This document shows positions 26,459 through 40,353 of a stretch of 64,000 nt of DNA, one piece after another. The position numbers and the translations under genes are program-made. The DNA comes from Vicugna vicugna. Taxonomy: Eukaryota. Below the pieces are notes generated by a model. The model ran no database searches. It was not told the origin of the DNA and saw only the letters and a program-made list of their open reading frames with translations. The stretch's first letter is position 1. Every line of letters starts with the position of its first letter. The DNA is taken from NCBI GenBank assembly GCA_013265495.1, contig MU058233.1, positions 843,038-907,037 on the forward strand, written 5' to 3'.

Positions 26459-27814
26459 ATCGCAGGTACACACGAAAGGGCTGGATTTGGTGTTTGCTTC
26501 CTAGCGAGACGCAGTTTGTTAACCTTGTCGGTCTAGGTAGACGGTCTTTTCGCCGACAGCTTTTCTTCACCGAGACTTCCACGCCGGCCTGAGTGAGTCC
26601 TGGTCCTCGTCGAATTCATGTCGTCGCGGTGGCGACAGGACCCGCCTTGCGGTGGTGGGGAGTTTGATCCGGAGAGTCTTGGCGATGCAAAATAAGGTTC
26701 CTCCTGTTACTCTTTTTTTTTTGCCTCCTAGCTAGGACTGGATGTTTAAAATTTTGCACATGACCTTTCCAGCATCTGCTGAAAGTAATTTTGCTCTCTT
26801 TTGTTAAGAGTAGGAAATTTCTTAACACTAAGTCTCTCATATTCCTAAAAGAAATCCAGTGTGGTTATTACTGGTTTTTAAAAATATGTACTACCGGATT
26901 CTGTTCGTTGATGGCACAGAAATTATATGCCGCAAACAGTGATGAAATAGGTCGACTTTTAATAAGTTTGATGGCAAAAGGGTTGGGTCATTTCGGGTTT
27001 TTGCTGTAGTATAAAAATGTTCATTACAAAAACGTTTTACTTTTACTGAAATTATTTTGGCAGTTATTTTCCTCAAAATTGCCTGTCTTTTCAGTATTTT
27101 CAGTGTTTAAGATCGAGCAGGTTTGTGTGTTGTCTTTAAGAAAAAAAACAAAACCCTGCATCTCCAGCTCCTAGCTTCTTATCTTCAGTTGCTGGGGTTT
27201 TTAACTTAATCAACTGGAGTTGTAAATGTGTTTAACCTAGTTTTATTTTTCAGAGATAGCTAAGAATTACCACGTTTTTATTTTCCCTTGACACTGGAGC
27301 AAACTAATCAAATTAAACTAATCAAATTGATTAAGCTAATCAAATTTGTACATCATCCAACATCGAATATGAATATTAAAGATAGAATTGACATCAAAAT
27401 TATGTAGATCTCACCCATAGTATATTGAGAAGGTGAAAATTTTAAGTTCTGTCTATACTGCACATACAGAATATACTGTTAAAGAAACAAAAGGAAGTAA
27501 AAGGGAAGAAAATTTGTCATCCAGAATGCTGGCTAAAAAATGTTCCTCCCATTAGAGATGTTGTTCAAAGTTAACCATCCACCTGAGAAACAAATACCAC
27601 AATTTCTCCCTGCCCCTTTTTAAACCACCTCAACACTACACCACCTTTTCTCTATGACCTAACTAATCTACTCCTCTCCTGTTTAATTAAAATAGACCCT
27701 CTGTCTTGCAAAGCCTCCTGGGCAATGGATTGCACACATTTCTGCCTCTTCTTGAAAATTGTTCATTTGTTCTTTCCTTCCCTCTCAAGACATATTTCTC
27801 TTTTTTTATAATCT

Positions 27815-28545
27815 TTTTTTCTTTTTTTAAATTGATGTGTAGTTAGTTACAATGTGTCAGTTTCTGGTGTACAGCACAATCTCCTGGTCATGCATATACA
27901 TACATATATTCATTTTCATATTCTTTTCATTGAAAGTTATTACAAGATATTGAATGTAGTTCCATTTGCTATATAGAAGAAATTTGCTTTTTATCTATTT
28001 TTACATGTAGTGGTTAATATTTGCAAATCTCAGATTCCCAAATTTATCCCTTCCCACCCCCTTTCTGCTGGTAACCATAAGATTATCTTCTATATGCCTG
28101 TGAGCCGGTTCCTGTTTTGTAGATGAGTTCATTAGTGTCCTCTTTTTTTTTTTTTTAAGATTTCACTTATGAGTGATGTCAGATGGTATTTTCTCTTTCT
28201 CGCTTACTTCACTGAGAATGACAATCTCTAGGTCCATTCATAGTGCTGCAAATGGCATTACTGTATTCTTTTATGGCTAAGTAGTATTGTATAAATATAC
28301 CACATCTTCTTTATCTAGTTGTCTGTTGATGGATATTTAGGTTGCTTCCATGTCTTGGCCATTGTAAATAGTGCTGCTATGAACACAGGGGTGCATGTAT
28401 CTTTTTGAATTAAAGTTCCCTCTGGATACATGCCCAGGAGTGGGATTGCTGGATCATATGGTAAGTTTATTTTTGTTTTTTTGAGGAATCTCTATACTGT
28501 TTTCCTTAACCAGACTACATTCCCACCAGCAGTCAATGCCTATTT
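27815..28545 (-). mobile_element. L1 3' end (3' UTR and end of ORF2)
   Basis: Poly-T tail. gtttccatgtcttggccattgtaaatagtgctgctatgaac-type ORF2 end, also seen at 56230. Confidence 0.9.
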
Positions 28546-29177
28546 CTTGAGCCCTTAGCATGTGCCAGTCACAGGACAGGGATTTGAGGCATATATCATA
28601 AGTTAAATGATGAAGTCTGCTTAGCAGTATTTTATATAAACATTTCAAAATTCTGTTTACGACAATACAATATTTACATAGACACAAGGCATACTTTCTG
28701 AAAAAGAGATGATAAAATTATCTTACTAATTAACTATATTCCCAGCCTGTAAAAGAGATTCAATTAACATCAATGAGTTTTTAGAAAAATGACTGGAAAG
28801 AGGGTATATGTTAACGTATTGCTTAACTGTCCTCAATAACAAGTTTGCACAAAAGAAAGTCTATTCACAACAGGAAGAAGATACCTAATATTAATTTTAA
28901 CTAGAAATATACCTGAATTATATAAGAAAACTTTAAAACATTCCTAGGAGACAAAGTGAGAGTAAAGGATGAGTAGGAATGAGAACAGTTCTGTTTATGG
29001 ATTAAATTCAGTTGTTAACAAAATGTAACTGGGATTTTCTTTTTTAAGAACCCCATATACTTTGTTGTTTACTTTTAATATTCATCATCTTAAAAATGTT
29101 GTGGTAGTGGCTCATTCCTTTTCCTTTTAAATTTTTTTAAACTTTTCTTTGTTTTTTTTTAAATTTATAAAATTAAA

Positions 29178-29315
29178 TTTTTTTTTAGTTTTGGGGGAGT
29201 TAATTAGGTTTATTTATTTGTTTAAATTATTCCTTTTAATGGAGGTACTGGGGATGGAACCAGGACCTCATACATGCTAAGGATGTGCTCTGCCTCTAAG
29301 CTATACCCGCTCCCC
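29178..29315 (-). mobile_element. tRNA-derived SINE (vic-1-like)
   Basis: Reverse complement of the 7590 element. Confidence 0.85.
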
Positions 29316-30759
29316 TTTCTTTTAATTTGATGAAAAAAATGTTTCTGTTAACGGAGAAATACTCCTAGAAATGACAGGTTTCCTTGGTTTTCATCACTAA
29401 TTCAAGCTCTGAAGGCTTAAATAGCATATGGTTTAAAATTCAGGTTTTTAAAATTTTTATCTTAAGGAAAAAGAAGTTTCATATTGTAATATCTCTGTTT
29501 TGCTTACAACACGCTCCCACCTGCGGGGCTCCTTGTACGTGACTCCTGTCGGCCTGAGTGCTTAGATCTTCTGGCTGTGAAGCAGGGTCAGCACTGGTGT
29601 GGTGGCCAGGCTGCACCAGCATCTCTGACTTAGAACCAACACCAGGAGCATCATTTTGCCTCTTTCCACACCTTTCTGTTATCTCATTCTTATCTATAAA
29701 AGGTCCACGTTTTGAACATTTAGCTAAGTTAAAAGAAGTTGCAGTGAATACTTGTAACCTCCCCCTCCAAGACTCTACCGTTAATGTTTTGCTGTACTAG
29801 TTGTAACATGTATCTGTCTGCCCCTTTCTTCATCAGTCCATCTTTTTTTGGGATGCATTTCAAAGTGAATCACAGCCATAAGTATGCTTTCCCTAGATAA
29901 TTCAGAATGCACGTGCACCATTAACTAGATTTCAGTATTTGTTTAGCTTTTTCTCTTGTTGCGAAATTTCTGTTAAATGAAATGTACAACACGAGAGGGT
30001 ACATTTGCTGGATTTTCACAGATGCATGATCTCTGCCTTTTGTGTCTCTCTTCGGTCTTTGCCATTCTGCTGGCCCCAGAGTTGTCCCTCTGTGGCTGCT
30101 GGGCCCTTTTGTTGGTCATTCCTGGTCCTTCACAGATGCCAGTACCAATGAACTTACTCAGAATCTGAAGGGACCCATTCTCTTTTACAGAATCACATAC
30201 TCCACATGCCTGAGTGAAATGCTGTCCCTGACAAGGTCTTGCCAGTCCCTGGAGGGTGCTGGCCCTCAAGCACTGGGTCTTCAAATGGAGACCTGAGGGC
30301 AGACACCTGGGCAAACAGACAGGTTATCACTCAGTGTTCGACAGATGCCAGAGTGAACAAATATGAAGTACAAAGCCCTGTGCTAGCCTCCCTCCAGGAT
30401 TTAGAATGAGATTATCCCAGTTCTCAAGTGGCTCTTCATCCCGTAGAGAGGTGGACAAACAAGCAGTGGTGTCCGAGGCAGTGCTGGGATGCTGCAGTGA
30501 GGGCAGAGTGCTCAAGGGCTTTCTCTGGGACAGTGGGAAGGCTTTCTGGGAAAGGTGGCATTTGACTGAGGCTCAGAGAGCACAGGACAAGTGCAGTAGG
30601 ATCAAGGTTGAAAGGCTGTCAGGGCCCAGGATATAGACGGTTGTGGAGCCTGAGACTCAGTGACGTGGTCAGAGCTGTGCGTGGAATCTTGTGCCTCAGA
30701 TGGTAAGTTCCATGGCTTCCTTGCTGGAACTTGAAGCTCCTTTCAGCCCGTCTCTGCCT

Positions 30760-31020
30760 GGTGGTAGGCGGAATAACAGCTCCGCATGGATGCCTGGGCG
30801 TAACCACCAGAATCTGTGGATGTAGCACCTCACTGGCAAAAGGAACCTTGCAGATGTGATTGGACTAAGGACCTTAACACAGAGATTATGCTGGACCGTT
30901 TGGGTGGGCCCAGTGTAACGGAAGTCCTTCAGAGTGGAGCAGGGAGGCAGAAGGTGAGAGTCGGGGGGAGGCGTGAGGACAGAAGTAGGCACAGGGAGAG
31001 GCGGCCTTGCTGGCTTCCTC
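30760..31020 (+). mobile_element. MLT1 (MaLR) LTR fragment
   Basis: tggtaggcggaataac...ggcaaaaggaaccttgcagatgtgatt...ggtgggcccagtgtaa. Confidence 0.7.
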
Positions 31021-32904
31021 CCTGACAAGCTTGGTCCTTCCATTGGAGCGTTGACCCCCTCCCCTCTTCCAGCCTGCTGTTACTGCCTCCCTCTCAGCCT
31101 ACGGACTCGCAGACCTCCACTGGGACCCCATCACCTCTTCTTCCACCTCTGCCCTTTCTCTTCTCTTTTCACCAAACTCTTCATACCTGTTAGGGAATTT
31201 GTCTGCTGTTCCCACCTTAGTGAGCCCCTAGTGAGCCGGTCAGTGCACGAGAATCCCTCATCCCTTGAAAGTCTCTCTTCTTCCGGCTTCTGGTAACCTC
31301 TCTTCCACAGCTTCCTGTTGTCCAGCAGGTCTTTCTGTGCTTTCCCCGTGGGCTTCTTTTTCTCCTCTGTTTGCTTCCTAGATGTTAATGAGCCCCCTGT
31401 TTAACCCTGGTCCTACAGTTTATTTTACTCTTCGTGTTATTTTTGGTTGATTTGATATACTGCCACGGTTTCATCTGATAATGCCAGTAGCTGTCTTTAC
31501 CAGATTTTGCTGTTTATTGGTGGGCTTTATTGAAGTTATGTCACAGTGTTGTTGAATGAACTACATGTCACCGGGAATGTGGTCTCCCTCAGACTCCTCT
31601 ATCCATCTGCCTACTCCTCCTGCAGCTCATAGGACAGTCACTCTAAAATCCACGCAAAAGATCCATTCCCCCATCTCAAGACATTGTCCTGTTTGAGAAC
31701 ATAGCTCGTCACCTTGAGTACATACAGACAGAAAGGTGGACAGTGGATCATACACCTGGTTAACCTTACTTCTGAATATGTCCTGCTGGGCGTCCCTTTT
31801 CTGGCTCACTCACTGTGTTCAAAACCACTGTCATTCCTCTAGTACCTACTCCCCCAACACGACTGTCCGTTCAGTCACCTGGAAACCTAGGAGTCATCTT
31901 TAACCCTTAACCTGTCTTCACATCCACATTCAGTCAATTCCTGGGACACATCAGTCTTTTCCAAAATCTGCCTGCTCCCGATTGCTACCCACCACAGCCC
32001 TAATTTGTGTTCCTGTCTTCGGGACAACAGAAGATACGTGTTCTCCTACCTGGTTTCTTTGCAGCTACTATAGCTTCCTTTCGTCCATCACACGGCTACC
32101 CCAAATGCAGAGAAGGCATTTTCAAGACACAAACGTATTATCATTCCCTGGCTTGCAGCCTGCAAGCAGGAGTCCGTGTTTCTGAGGGTGGCGACGCTGT
32201 TTCCAGCTGCTCCCTGCCCTGCACCACATTGTCTCGGGCCCTGCCTTTGTTCACAGGGTTCCCGCCTTGTTTATCTGCCTGGACTTAGCCTCAAGACCAC
32301 CACCAGGCTGTGGTAGATGCCGTCTTTCATGCTCCACGGCAGTGGGTCAGCTGCTTGAGGGCAGGGATAAATACTTCACTCACGTTTTGTCTCCTGGGCC
32401 TGGTACAGAGCCAGTAAGTGCTGGGGGATGATTTAGTAAAACGACAGAAGATCCACGTTTATAACTTCAAGATAGTTATCAACTTACCTGCTGTTTCCTT
32501 AAAAACAAAAACTCACCCCAGCATCCCTACTGTGGCAACACCTGTTGTTACGTTAGAGAAGTCAGTTTTGGCCAGTTGCACATATAGATCCTTTGTGTAT
32601 CTGGTGACTGATTATAAAGGATCTGATCACCCCAAGAAATGGTAGAAACTGAGAATGTAAGTAGATTACGTAGTGGCAGAGGCCAGCAAATCTCAACGTT
32701 GGCTGCACATCAGGAACACCCAGTGAGCTATTTAAAAAAAGGTTTCTTTAAAGCCTGACCCAGCTCCCCAGAAAGTTAAATCAGAATCCCAGTGGGGAAG
32801 GGTGGTGTGGGACCCATGTATCGATAACTGATCTGTCAATAATTTATCAATATATGAGGCAATTCTAGTGTGTAATCAGGGCTAAAAACTGCCAGTTTAT
32901 GTAT

Positions 32905-33095
32905 ACAAGTAGATTTCAAAAATGTCTTCTGTACAGCACAGGGAACTATATTCAATATCTTGTAATAACCTTCCATGAAAAAGAACATGGAAATGACTCT
33001 ATGTATGTATATGCATGACTGGGACATTGTGCTGTTCACCAGAAATTGACACATTGTAACTCACTGTACTTCAGTAAAAACCCAAAAAACAAAAA
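32905..33095 (+). mobile_element. 5'-truncated L1 3' end with TSD
   Basis: A-rich tail; ctgccagttta is duplicated on both sides (~32889 and ~33100). Confidence 0.85.
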
Positions 33096-33269
33096 AACCC
33101 TGCCAGTTTAGTTTTGAGCAAGTCATCGAGAAGAGGGTGTTAAGGGAAATTAGCCTAATTACAAACTATTTGCATTTTAAATCATAAAACAGGAGAGCCA
33201 TTGGAGTGAACCTTAGATGTCCATGAAACTGGAGGCTGTATGATAGTTTTGGGCTTTTTTAAAAAAATA

Positions 33270-33532
33270 TATTTTTATTGACGTATAATCAGTTTACAAT
33301 GCTGTGTCAATTTCTGGTGTGCAGCGCAATGCTTCAGTCATATAGGAACATACATATATTCGTTTTCATGTTCTTTTTAACCATAAGTTACTACAAGATA
33401 CTGAATATAGTTCCCTGTGCTCTACAGTTTAAACTTGTTGTTTATCCATTTTATACATAGTAGTTAGTATGTGCAAATCTCGAACTCCCAATTTATCCTC
33501 TCCCACCCCCTTCCCCTCCTTTTTTTTTTTTT
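33270..33532 (-). mobile_element. L1 3' UTR fragment
   Basis: Homologous to the copies at 16960 and 27830. Confidence 0.8.
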
Positions 33533-34749
33533 AATAAGCTCCTATTGAAAATCTATTAGTGACCAGAAATTTCCTGGCTTCTTGGGCAACCTGTTCTGTC
33601 ACTAGATGTCATCTGATTAATGGTGTCTTATTACATTGACTTATAATTGACTTCCTTTTATCTCCACACATTTCTCTGACCTGTAAGTGTGTGAAGACCG
33701 TTCCCTTGCTTCACTCAAGTAATTTCTTTTGCAGGCTGAACATCCCTGGTTACTTCAGCCTTTACTCACCTGACATTGAAAAGTGGGCCCAGTGAGGAAA
33801 GGGCCTAACAACCTCTGCCCTATGCTCAGCCCCTAGACTGGTACTTGGCATTCTGTAAGTACTCGGGTAACACCTGGTGCAGGAAGGAGAGAACAGAGGA
33901 GCCATATGCGTTCATTCCACCTTCCTGTCCTGCTAACTCCGGGTCCTGACTCCTTAAATAACACCCACACAAGGAACACACAGCATCCACCTGTGATTCT
34001 TAACTCCCACATCTAGTATGTTCAGCTAGAACTTACAGCTAGTCCTTACCCAGGTTTCTGGAGAAGGGTTAAAAGGCCAGAGCTGTGCCCAGCGTCAGAG
34101 ACCTCACCCCATGCGGATGTGACCCTTGGGCAGCTAGCTGTGCTCCCTGCTGTCCTTTGTTTAGTCCATGTTGTTTCCTGTGTCAGGGACTGTGGGAGTG
34201 AGCAGGAAGGAACACTAGCCTTCCTGTGGAGATAGGGAGCGACACAGGAAGGGGTGATGCTTGATCTTGCAGGGTAGAGAGGATTTTACCACGGGAGGGA
34301 GGAGCGTTCCTGGCCTGGGGGAGCACATGTGAAGAGGTCAGGCAGTTCAGGAGGTACAGCGAGGAGGTGGGGAAAGTGTGGTTGTTTGATGGGGCTTTTA
34401 GGGCTAGTGAGGTATAAAAGGACTGCCCACAAAGGGTCCTGATCCATGCTAAGGACTTGGTCCATTCTCCTGTAAGTCCTGGGACACCAACAGAATTTTA
34501 ATCAAGAAGCGAAACTTTCACGGTTTACTGTTGGGAGTGAGAAAGACCTAAATGGGAGAAGTAAGTAGGAGGTCTCTGGGCGGAGGACAGCAAGGGCCTG
34601 ACCCAGGGCCCTGGCAGCGGGAACCTGGAGGAGCAGGTGGACTGGAGGAGCATTCAGGAGGGGGACCTACAGGTTGTCATCTGCACTTGGGTGCAGAGGA
34701 CAAGAGTCTAGAAAGATACTTGGATTCCTGGGTCGCTCAGTGTCATTTA

Positions 34750-34980
34750 TTTTTTCAATTAACAAGCAGATAATCCTTACCATGTGTCAGGCACTCTTAA
34801 GTGTTTAACAAATATTGACTCATTCAAGTCTCATAATAACCCTACAGGTAGGCACTGTTTTGTCCCCGTTGGATAGAGGAAGAGACTGAGACACTCAGAG
34901 GTTAACAGACCCGTGAGCAGTGGAGCAGGGATCTGAACCCAGGCAGTCTGGCTGCAGAATCCACGCTGTTAGCCAGAGTT
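34750..34980. mobile_element. MIR SINE
   Basis: MIR core: ccatgtgtcaggcact...cataataaccctacaggtagg...gaagagactgagacactcagaggttaa. Confidence 0.75.
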
Positions 34981-36159
34981 GGAAATATGCACTTGAGGTT
35001 GGGAAAAGGGGGGGCAGGGAGGGGACGGAGTGTCCGTTCATTCTAGCCTGACACTTCACCTGTCGTGAGCCAAGCAGTGGGACAGAAGCTAGTGGATGTG
35101 CACTGTGTCCTGGAAGTGCCCCCGGACCATGGAAGTGAGGCTGGGATAGACCAAAGAGACAACAAAGGGAACCCTGCATTTAATTTAATCATGACTTTAA
35201 ATCGTTAGAGCAGACCAAGAGGTACCAAGATACATCGATGAAAACTAGGTGAGGATGGAAGCAAAGCAAATAAAGGGCTTCAGGAACAAGTGAGAGACCA
35301 GCAATGCCTCTGCAGCAGGAATCATTGCTGAGGCCTGGCTTGGTGCTGGTGAGGAGGCAGAGACCCCAGGGCTTTTGTTCCTGCCAATGAACATTGAATT
35401 GAAATGGAAATCGTTAAGTCGTCCAGAATAAAAGGGGGGCAAACAGTATAAAAGAAAACAAAATACGAAAGAACTGTAAACATAAACACGGAAAATATTC
35501 AAACCCAGTATTCAAAAGGTGTAAATTAAAAATACAATCTATACGCCAGAAATTGACCCAACATTGTAAACCGACTATACCTCAATAAAATAAATAATAA
35601 ATAAAATACAGTCTAAATTTAAACAAGGTAAAAGTGCCGTGTTTTATAGACTTGTACTTCTAGCCAAGAGGGAGTAATAGGGAGTGGATTTACCCTGTTG
35701 CCCAAACAGCAACAACCACAGAAACACAGACAAAACAGGTGAACAGTCCTTTTGTTCCAGGACACTGGATGTCAGGCAACAAAGGCAGTCCCCCCGAGAG
35801 ATGGACAGCCAACCAGGTGCTCCCTCTGATTTGCCTGTTGATTACCTTGAGAGGGTCTCCAGGTTATAGCAGGGGAAGGGGAAGCTGAGGCGGGGCTGAG
35901 CAGACGCGAGTCCAGGGTGCGGAGCTGAGCCCGTAGGGAGGGCGGAGCGGCCAGCATCCGCAGAGAGGAGTGGGCACCCTGGAGCGGTCACACGGCCACG
36001 TGTGCAGGGAGGCTGAGGGAGTAGCGCCCAACGATCACCTGGGAGTTGTTGCCGGCTACACTGGCTGGACTGGAAAGTGCTTCTAGTCCTGCAGCACTGG
36101 GAGTGAAGTTATAGGGGGTAACACCTGTGTGCTTAGAAGTCTGTAGTCAGCAAAAATGT

Positions 36160-37035
36160 ATTTCAACAACAAGGCAAGACAGCCTCCAGGATGGGAGAAA
36201 ATACTTGGATGTTACAAACCTGATAAGGGTTTAATATCCAAAATATGTGAAGAACTACAGGTGAATAACTAAAAGGCAAATGACCCACTTAAGAAGATGG
36301 GTTAAGGACTTGAACATATATTTCTCCAAAGAAGATAGACTAATGGCCAGTCAGCACATGAAACAAATGCAGATGAAAGCCAGTGAGCTGCCACTTCATT
36401 TAGATGGCTAGATAATTTAAATGGCGTGACAGGCGTTGGGAAGCATGTGGGGAAATTGGAGCCCTTGTATGTTGTGGATGTGAAGTAAAATGATGCAGCC
36501 ACTATGGAAAATAGTTTGGGTGCTCAAAAACTAAGCATAAAATTACCACATAGCCCAGCAGTTCCACTCCCAGGTATACTCGTCAACAGATGAGCAGACA
36601 AACAAAAATGTGTTCAGTCCAGCCGCGGAGCAGCATTTAGCCACTCAGAGAGGGAGCTACTGCTGCAGGCTGCAGCACGTGTGACGCTGCAAACACGATG
36701 CTGAGTGAGAGAAGCCAGACTCAACAGGGCAAGCACTGCGCGATCCCACGCACATGAAATAGCTGGAGCAGGCAAGTTCCAAGCCAGAAAGCAGGTTAGA
36801 GGTAATGGGGTCTGAGGAGGTGGGTAGGGAGTTACTGCTGTAACGTTTCAGAGTTGCACAGCACTGCGAGTGTACGTAATGCCACTGAATTGTACACTTA
36901 ATGATTCAAATGGCAAATTGTTATATTTATTTTACCACAACTTTACAGATTAATAATGTAATATATCAAAAACATTGGATTGTACCCTTTGAGTGGAGGA
37001 ATTGTATGGTGTGTGAGTTTTATCTCAATAAAGGG
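36160..37035 (+). mobile_element. Old L1 (ORF2 end and 3' UTR)
   Basis: cctgataagggtttaatatccaaaatat, ttctccaaagaagata, tatctcaataaa. Confidence 0.8.
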
Positions 37036-37091
37036 AAAAGAGATGATCAGATACTTATTACCAGCAGACCCACATTACAAGAAATGTTAGT

Positions 37092-37240
37092 GGGGAGGGT
37101 GTAGCTCCGTGGTAGAGAGCGTGCTTAGCATGCAAGAGGTCCTGGGGATTGAACCCAGGACCTCCATTAGAAAGTAATAAATAAACCTAATTACCTCTCC
37201 CCCCCAAAAAAGCTTAAAAAAAATAAACAAAAATTTAAAA
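37092..37240 (+). mobile_element. tRNA-derived SINE with an inverted B-box loop
   Basis: Colinear with the other copies except for the inversion at 37147-37153. Confidence 0.9.
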
Positions 37241-37833
37241 GGCAAGAATGATTAGAATGTAATGAGTGTAAGATTGATTATTGGAAAAAAAAAAGAAAAA
37301 ATGTTGAGAAAAGTCCCTCAGGGAAAAGGGAAATGGCTCCACGTGGGAATGTGGATCCAGCCTAGAGGGTGAACCGCTCTGGTGGTGGTGACTACGTCGA
37401 TAAACGTAATTTTTTTCTTAATACTGAACATCTTTAAAAGATTGCCAGCCACGTGTCCGTTTCCTCGTGGACCGCGCAGCACCTGTCAGATCGGGTCTGT
37501 GGGCAGGTGTGGGCCCTGGGGCAGCTGGGCCTGTGCTCAGGTGTCCAGCAGCGATACAGTTGTTACCAGCCGGAGTTCTCGTCTCTGGGGGAGCGTCCAC
37601 GTCCAGCTCGCTCTGGGGCTCCTTGCTGGCTGCGCTCAGCTCCGTGGACGACCCACGCGTCCCTCACCTTCAGCAGGGACCGCACTTCCCTTTGTTCTCG
37701 TGTTTCAAGTCTCACTTCCCTTCTGCCATCAGCTGGAGAAAGCAGTTGTTTTCTTACCAGTAAAGTGAGAGTGTTAGATTGAGTCAGGGTTTGTCTCTTG
37801 ATTGAGTTTTCCCTCAAAAAGAGGATTTCTCGA

Positions 37834-37975
37834 GGGGAGGGATTAGCTCTGTGGCAGAGCTCATGCTTAGCATGCACAAGGTCCTGGGTTCAATCCCCAG
37901 TCCCTCCATTAAACATAAATAAATAACCCTAATTACCTCTCCCCCTCAAATAAATAATAATTTTAAAAAAATTTA
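37834..37975 (+). mobile_element. tRNA-derived SINE (vic-1-like)
   Basis: gcttagcatgcacaaggtcctgggttcaatccccag plus tail. Confidence 0.9.
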
Positions 37976-38308
37976 AGAAGGGAAAACAGTATCTTGTTAA
38001 AAAAAAGAGGATTTGTTGCATATTGGAGCCATTCAGTTCCAAAAGTGGTTCAGCGTGGAACCCTAGAGATGGAGAGAGGAAAGGCCATCTCTGGAGCTGT
38101 TTTATTCCTACTCCTGGGGGCTTCAGGCACTGTCGGTGTGTGTCTGGGACAATCTGTGGTGTGTGTGTGTACTGGGGAGGTGAGGGAATCCAGGCTCATG
38201 ACTACCGAGCCCCAGTCACAGCACCTCTCACGTCTCGTCCTCTTCCCCAGTGCCACCGGTTCCGCATCTCCCGTCACGCAGGAAAGCATCACCAAGAACC
38301 AGGAGGGC

Positions 38309-38341
38309 ATGGAGGCCGAGTTGCTAACTGCTGGGTCCCAC
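38309..38341 (+). CDS. ZNF10: ZNF10 coding exon 1 (MEAELLTAGSH); exon 38251-38341
   Basis: Acceptor tcctcttccccag, Kozak ggcATGG, donor gtaagt. Corresponds to recalled human MDAKSLTAWSR. Confidence 0.88.
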
Positions 38342-39384
38342 GTAAGTTGAGCTGCCTTCACTCCTTTTTGTTTTCCAACTGAGAATCCCTTTTTGGTTAA
38401 GGGTTCTTAAGGGGCCGTGTCTCAAACACTCCCTCCAGCAGGCTAGCACTGTTTAGGTTCCTTCATTTGTATTTGCAGTTTTATTTCCTTTCGTATCAAA
38501 GAAACACAAGTTGAACGGAAGTGTGTGTAACACTGAGGACTCTGGTGAGATACTCTTTCGTCCGCAGGAAGGAACCAAGCACACAGCAAGAACTGGCAGT
38601 GTTGGTGCCATTTTGAGAGACTCCCAGCTGTCTCGGGCGTGGGGCTGGTGTGCCAGTTCCTCCCTGGGGACTGCCTGTTTGGAGGGGCTTAGAGACAAGC
38701 CATGTAATTACCCAGAAGGAACTAACTGCAACCAAGACAGGAAGAGCCCAGGGGAGGCGGGGTCCCCTGGGGACAGTGTGATGGGTGGGGTCCCTCCTGG
38801 GGCCTCACTCAGCTGCTCGCCTACGATCCCTGACACACTTCCTCTGTGTGTATTGAAAACACCGCCAGAAAACATAGTTTTGCTTTTGGCCACTCTACAT
38901 ATTTTGAAGGATTTAAGATTAAGAAAACTAATCTATTGTATTTACCCCAATACTGTTTTTTTTTAACTCATCTGTCATTCCTGAGATTTAAAATTTCTCC
39001 CTTGTATCATTTCCCTTCTGTCTGAAGAATTACCATGAGCACATCTCTTAGAGTAGGTCTGCTGGTAACAGATTCTCCTAGTTAATCTTTGAGAATGTAT
39101 TTTTCATCATTCCTGAAAGATATTTTCACCTGATACAGAAATTCAGGCTTGACAGTTTTCTTCTTTCAGCATCGAAAGACCGTCACTATTCCAGCGTCAT
39201 TTGACCTTCATGGTCTTTGGTGAGACACTCTCAGTCATTCAGATTTTCTTCTTTTCCTGTGTGTAATCAACAGTTGTTGTGATGTGGCTAATAAAAGCCT
39301 TGCTTCTGTATTGTTTCTTTGTCAGATTGTTTTGCTACTGTTAAAATTGTAATCTCTTCTCCATTTTTTCTTCTTTTTTAAAAT

Positions 39385-39485
39385 TTATTTAAAAATTTTG
39401 TTAATGGAAGTACTGGTGTTGAACCCAGGAAGGACCTCATGCATGCTAAGCACGTGCTGTACCACTGAGCTGTACCCTCCCTCCC
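39385..39485 (-). mobile_element. tRNA-derived SINE
   Basis: ttgaacccagga...cctcatgcatgctaagcac...actgagctgtaccc. Confidence 0.85.
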
Positions 39486-39615
39486 TTTTCTTCATATTCT
39501 TAATGCCTACCAGTGTTTAGGAAGAATGCTTTGGACAGTTATTTTAGGTCGTGAAGCATGGCTGGGTGGTTCTCTTAAGCACTCAGCCGTGCCTGAACTC
39601 CAGGCTGTTCCTCTG

Positions 39616-39750
39616 GAGGAGCGGGCGTGGCTCTAGTGGCCGAGCGCATGCTTACTGCGCGTGAGAGCCTGGGTTTGATTCTCAGTACATCTTCTAAAAA
39701 TGAGTAAATAAAAAACCTAGGTACCCCTCCCGAAACAAAGGAAAAAAAGA
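39616..39750 (+). mobile_element. tRNA-derived SINE, diverged
   Basis: gtggctctagtggccgagcgcatgctta...cctgggtttgattctcag, plus tail. Confidence 0.75.
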
Positions 39751-40098
39751 CTGTTTTCCCGCCTTGAATTGGGTTCTTTATTTCACGGAAGTGTAGATGA
39801 ACTTCCAGTGTCTGAGTCTCCCTGCTGTAGCTGTTTACAACGCACTTGATTTAAGCCAAAGTGCTTCTGACAGTTTCTAAACCGGAAGCATAACACGGAA
39901 CTAGTTTCTAGACAGGAGGTACTTAATACTGCTCCTTTTAGGACGACCAGAATTCAGCGTAAATACTGCTCGTGCTTAGAGTAAGTTCTGGTCTGTCCTC
40001 ATTCCCTACCCAAGTGCTAGCTGTGTGATCTTTTTCTGTCAGTGTTCGGGAAAGGGCGATAACCATCTGGCTCAGTGCAGATTTGTTTTGTGTTGTAG

Positions 40099-40353
<255 letters not shown>

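Larger units (their letters stand above)
25490..26690. promoter_or_regulatory. Bidirectional CpG-island promoter of ZNF891 (-) and ZNF10 (+)
   Basis: CpG-dense. Minus-strand donors at 25828 (CAG|gtgagc) and 25541 (CAG|gtaagg); plus-strand donors at 26465 and 26592 (GA|gtgagt). NRF1-like gcgcgtgcgcgtgcgc at ~26065-26080. Confidence 0.8.

Noticed and set aside
25585..26582. Long Gly/Ala/Arg/Pro-rich ORFs in the CpG islands (also 27-1136 and 54447-55283)
   Set aside because: Stop-poor GC-rich and tandem-repeat DNA, mostly non-ATG starts, no recognisable domain.
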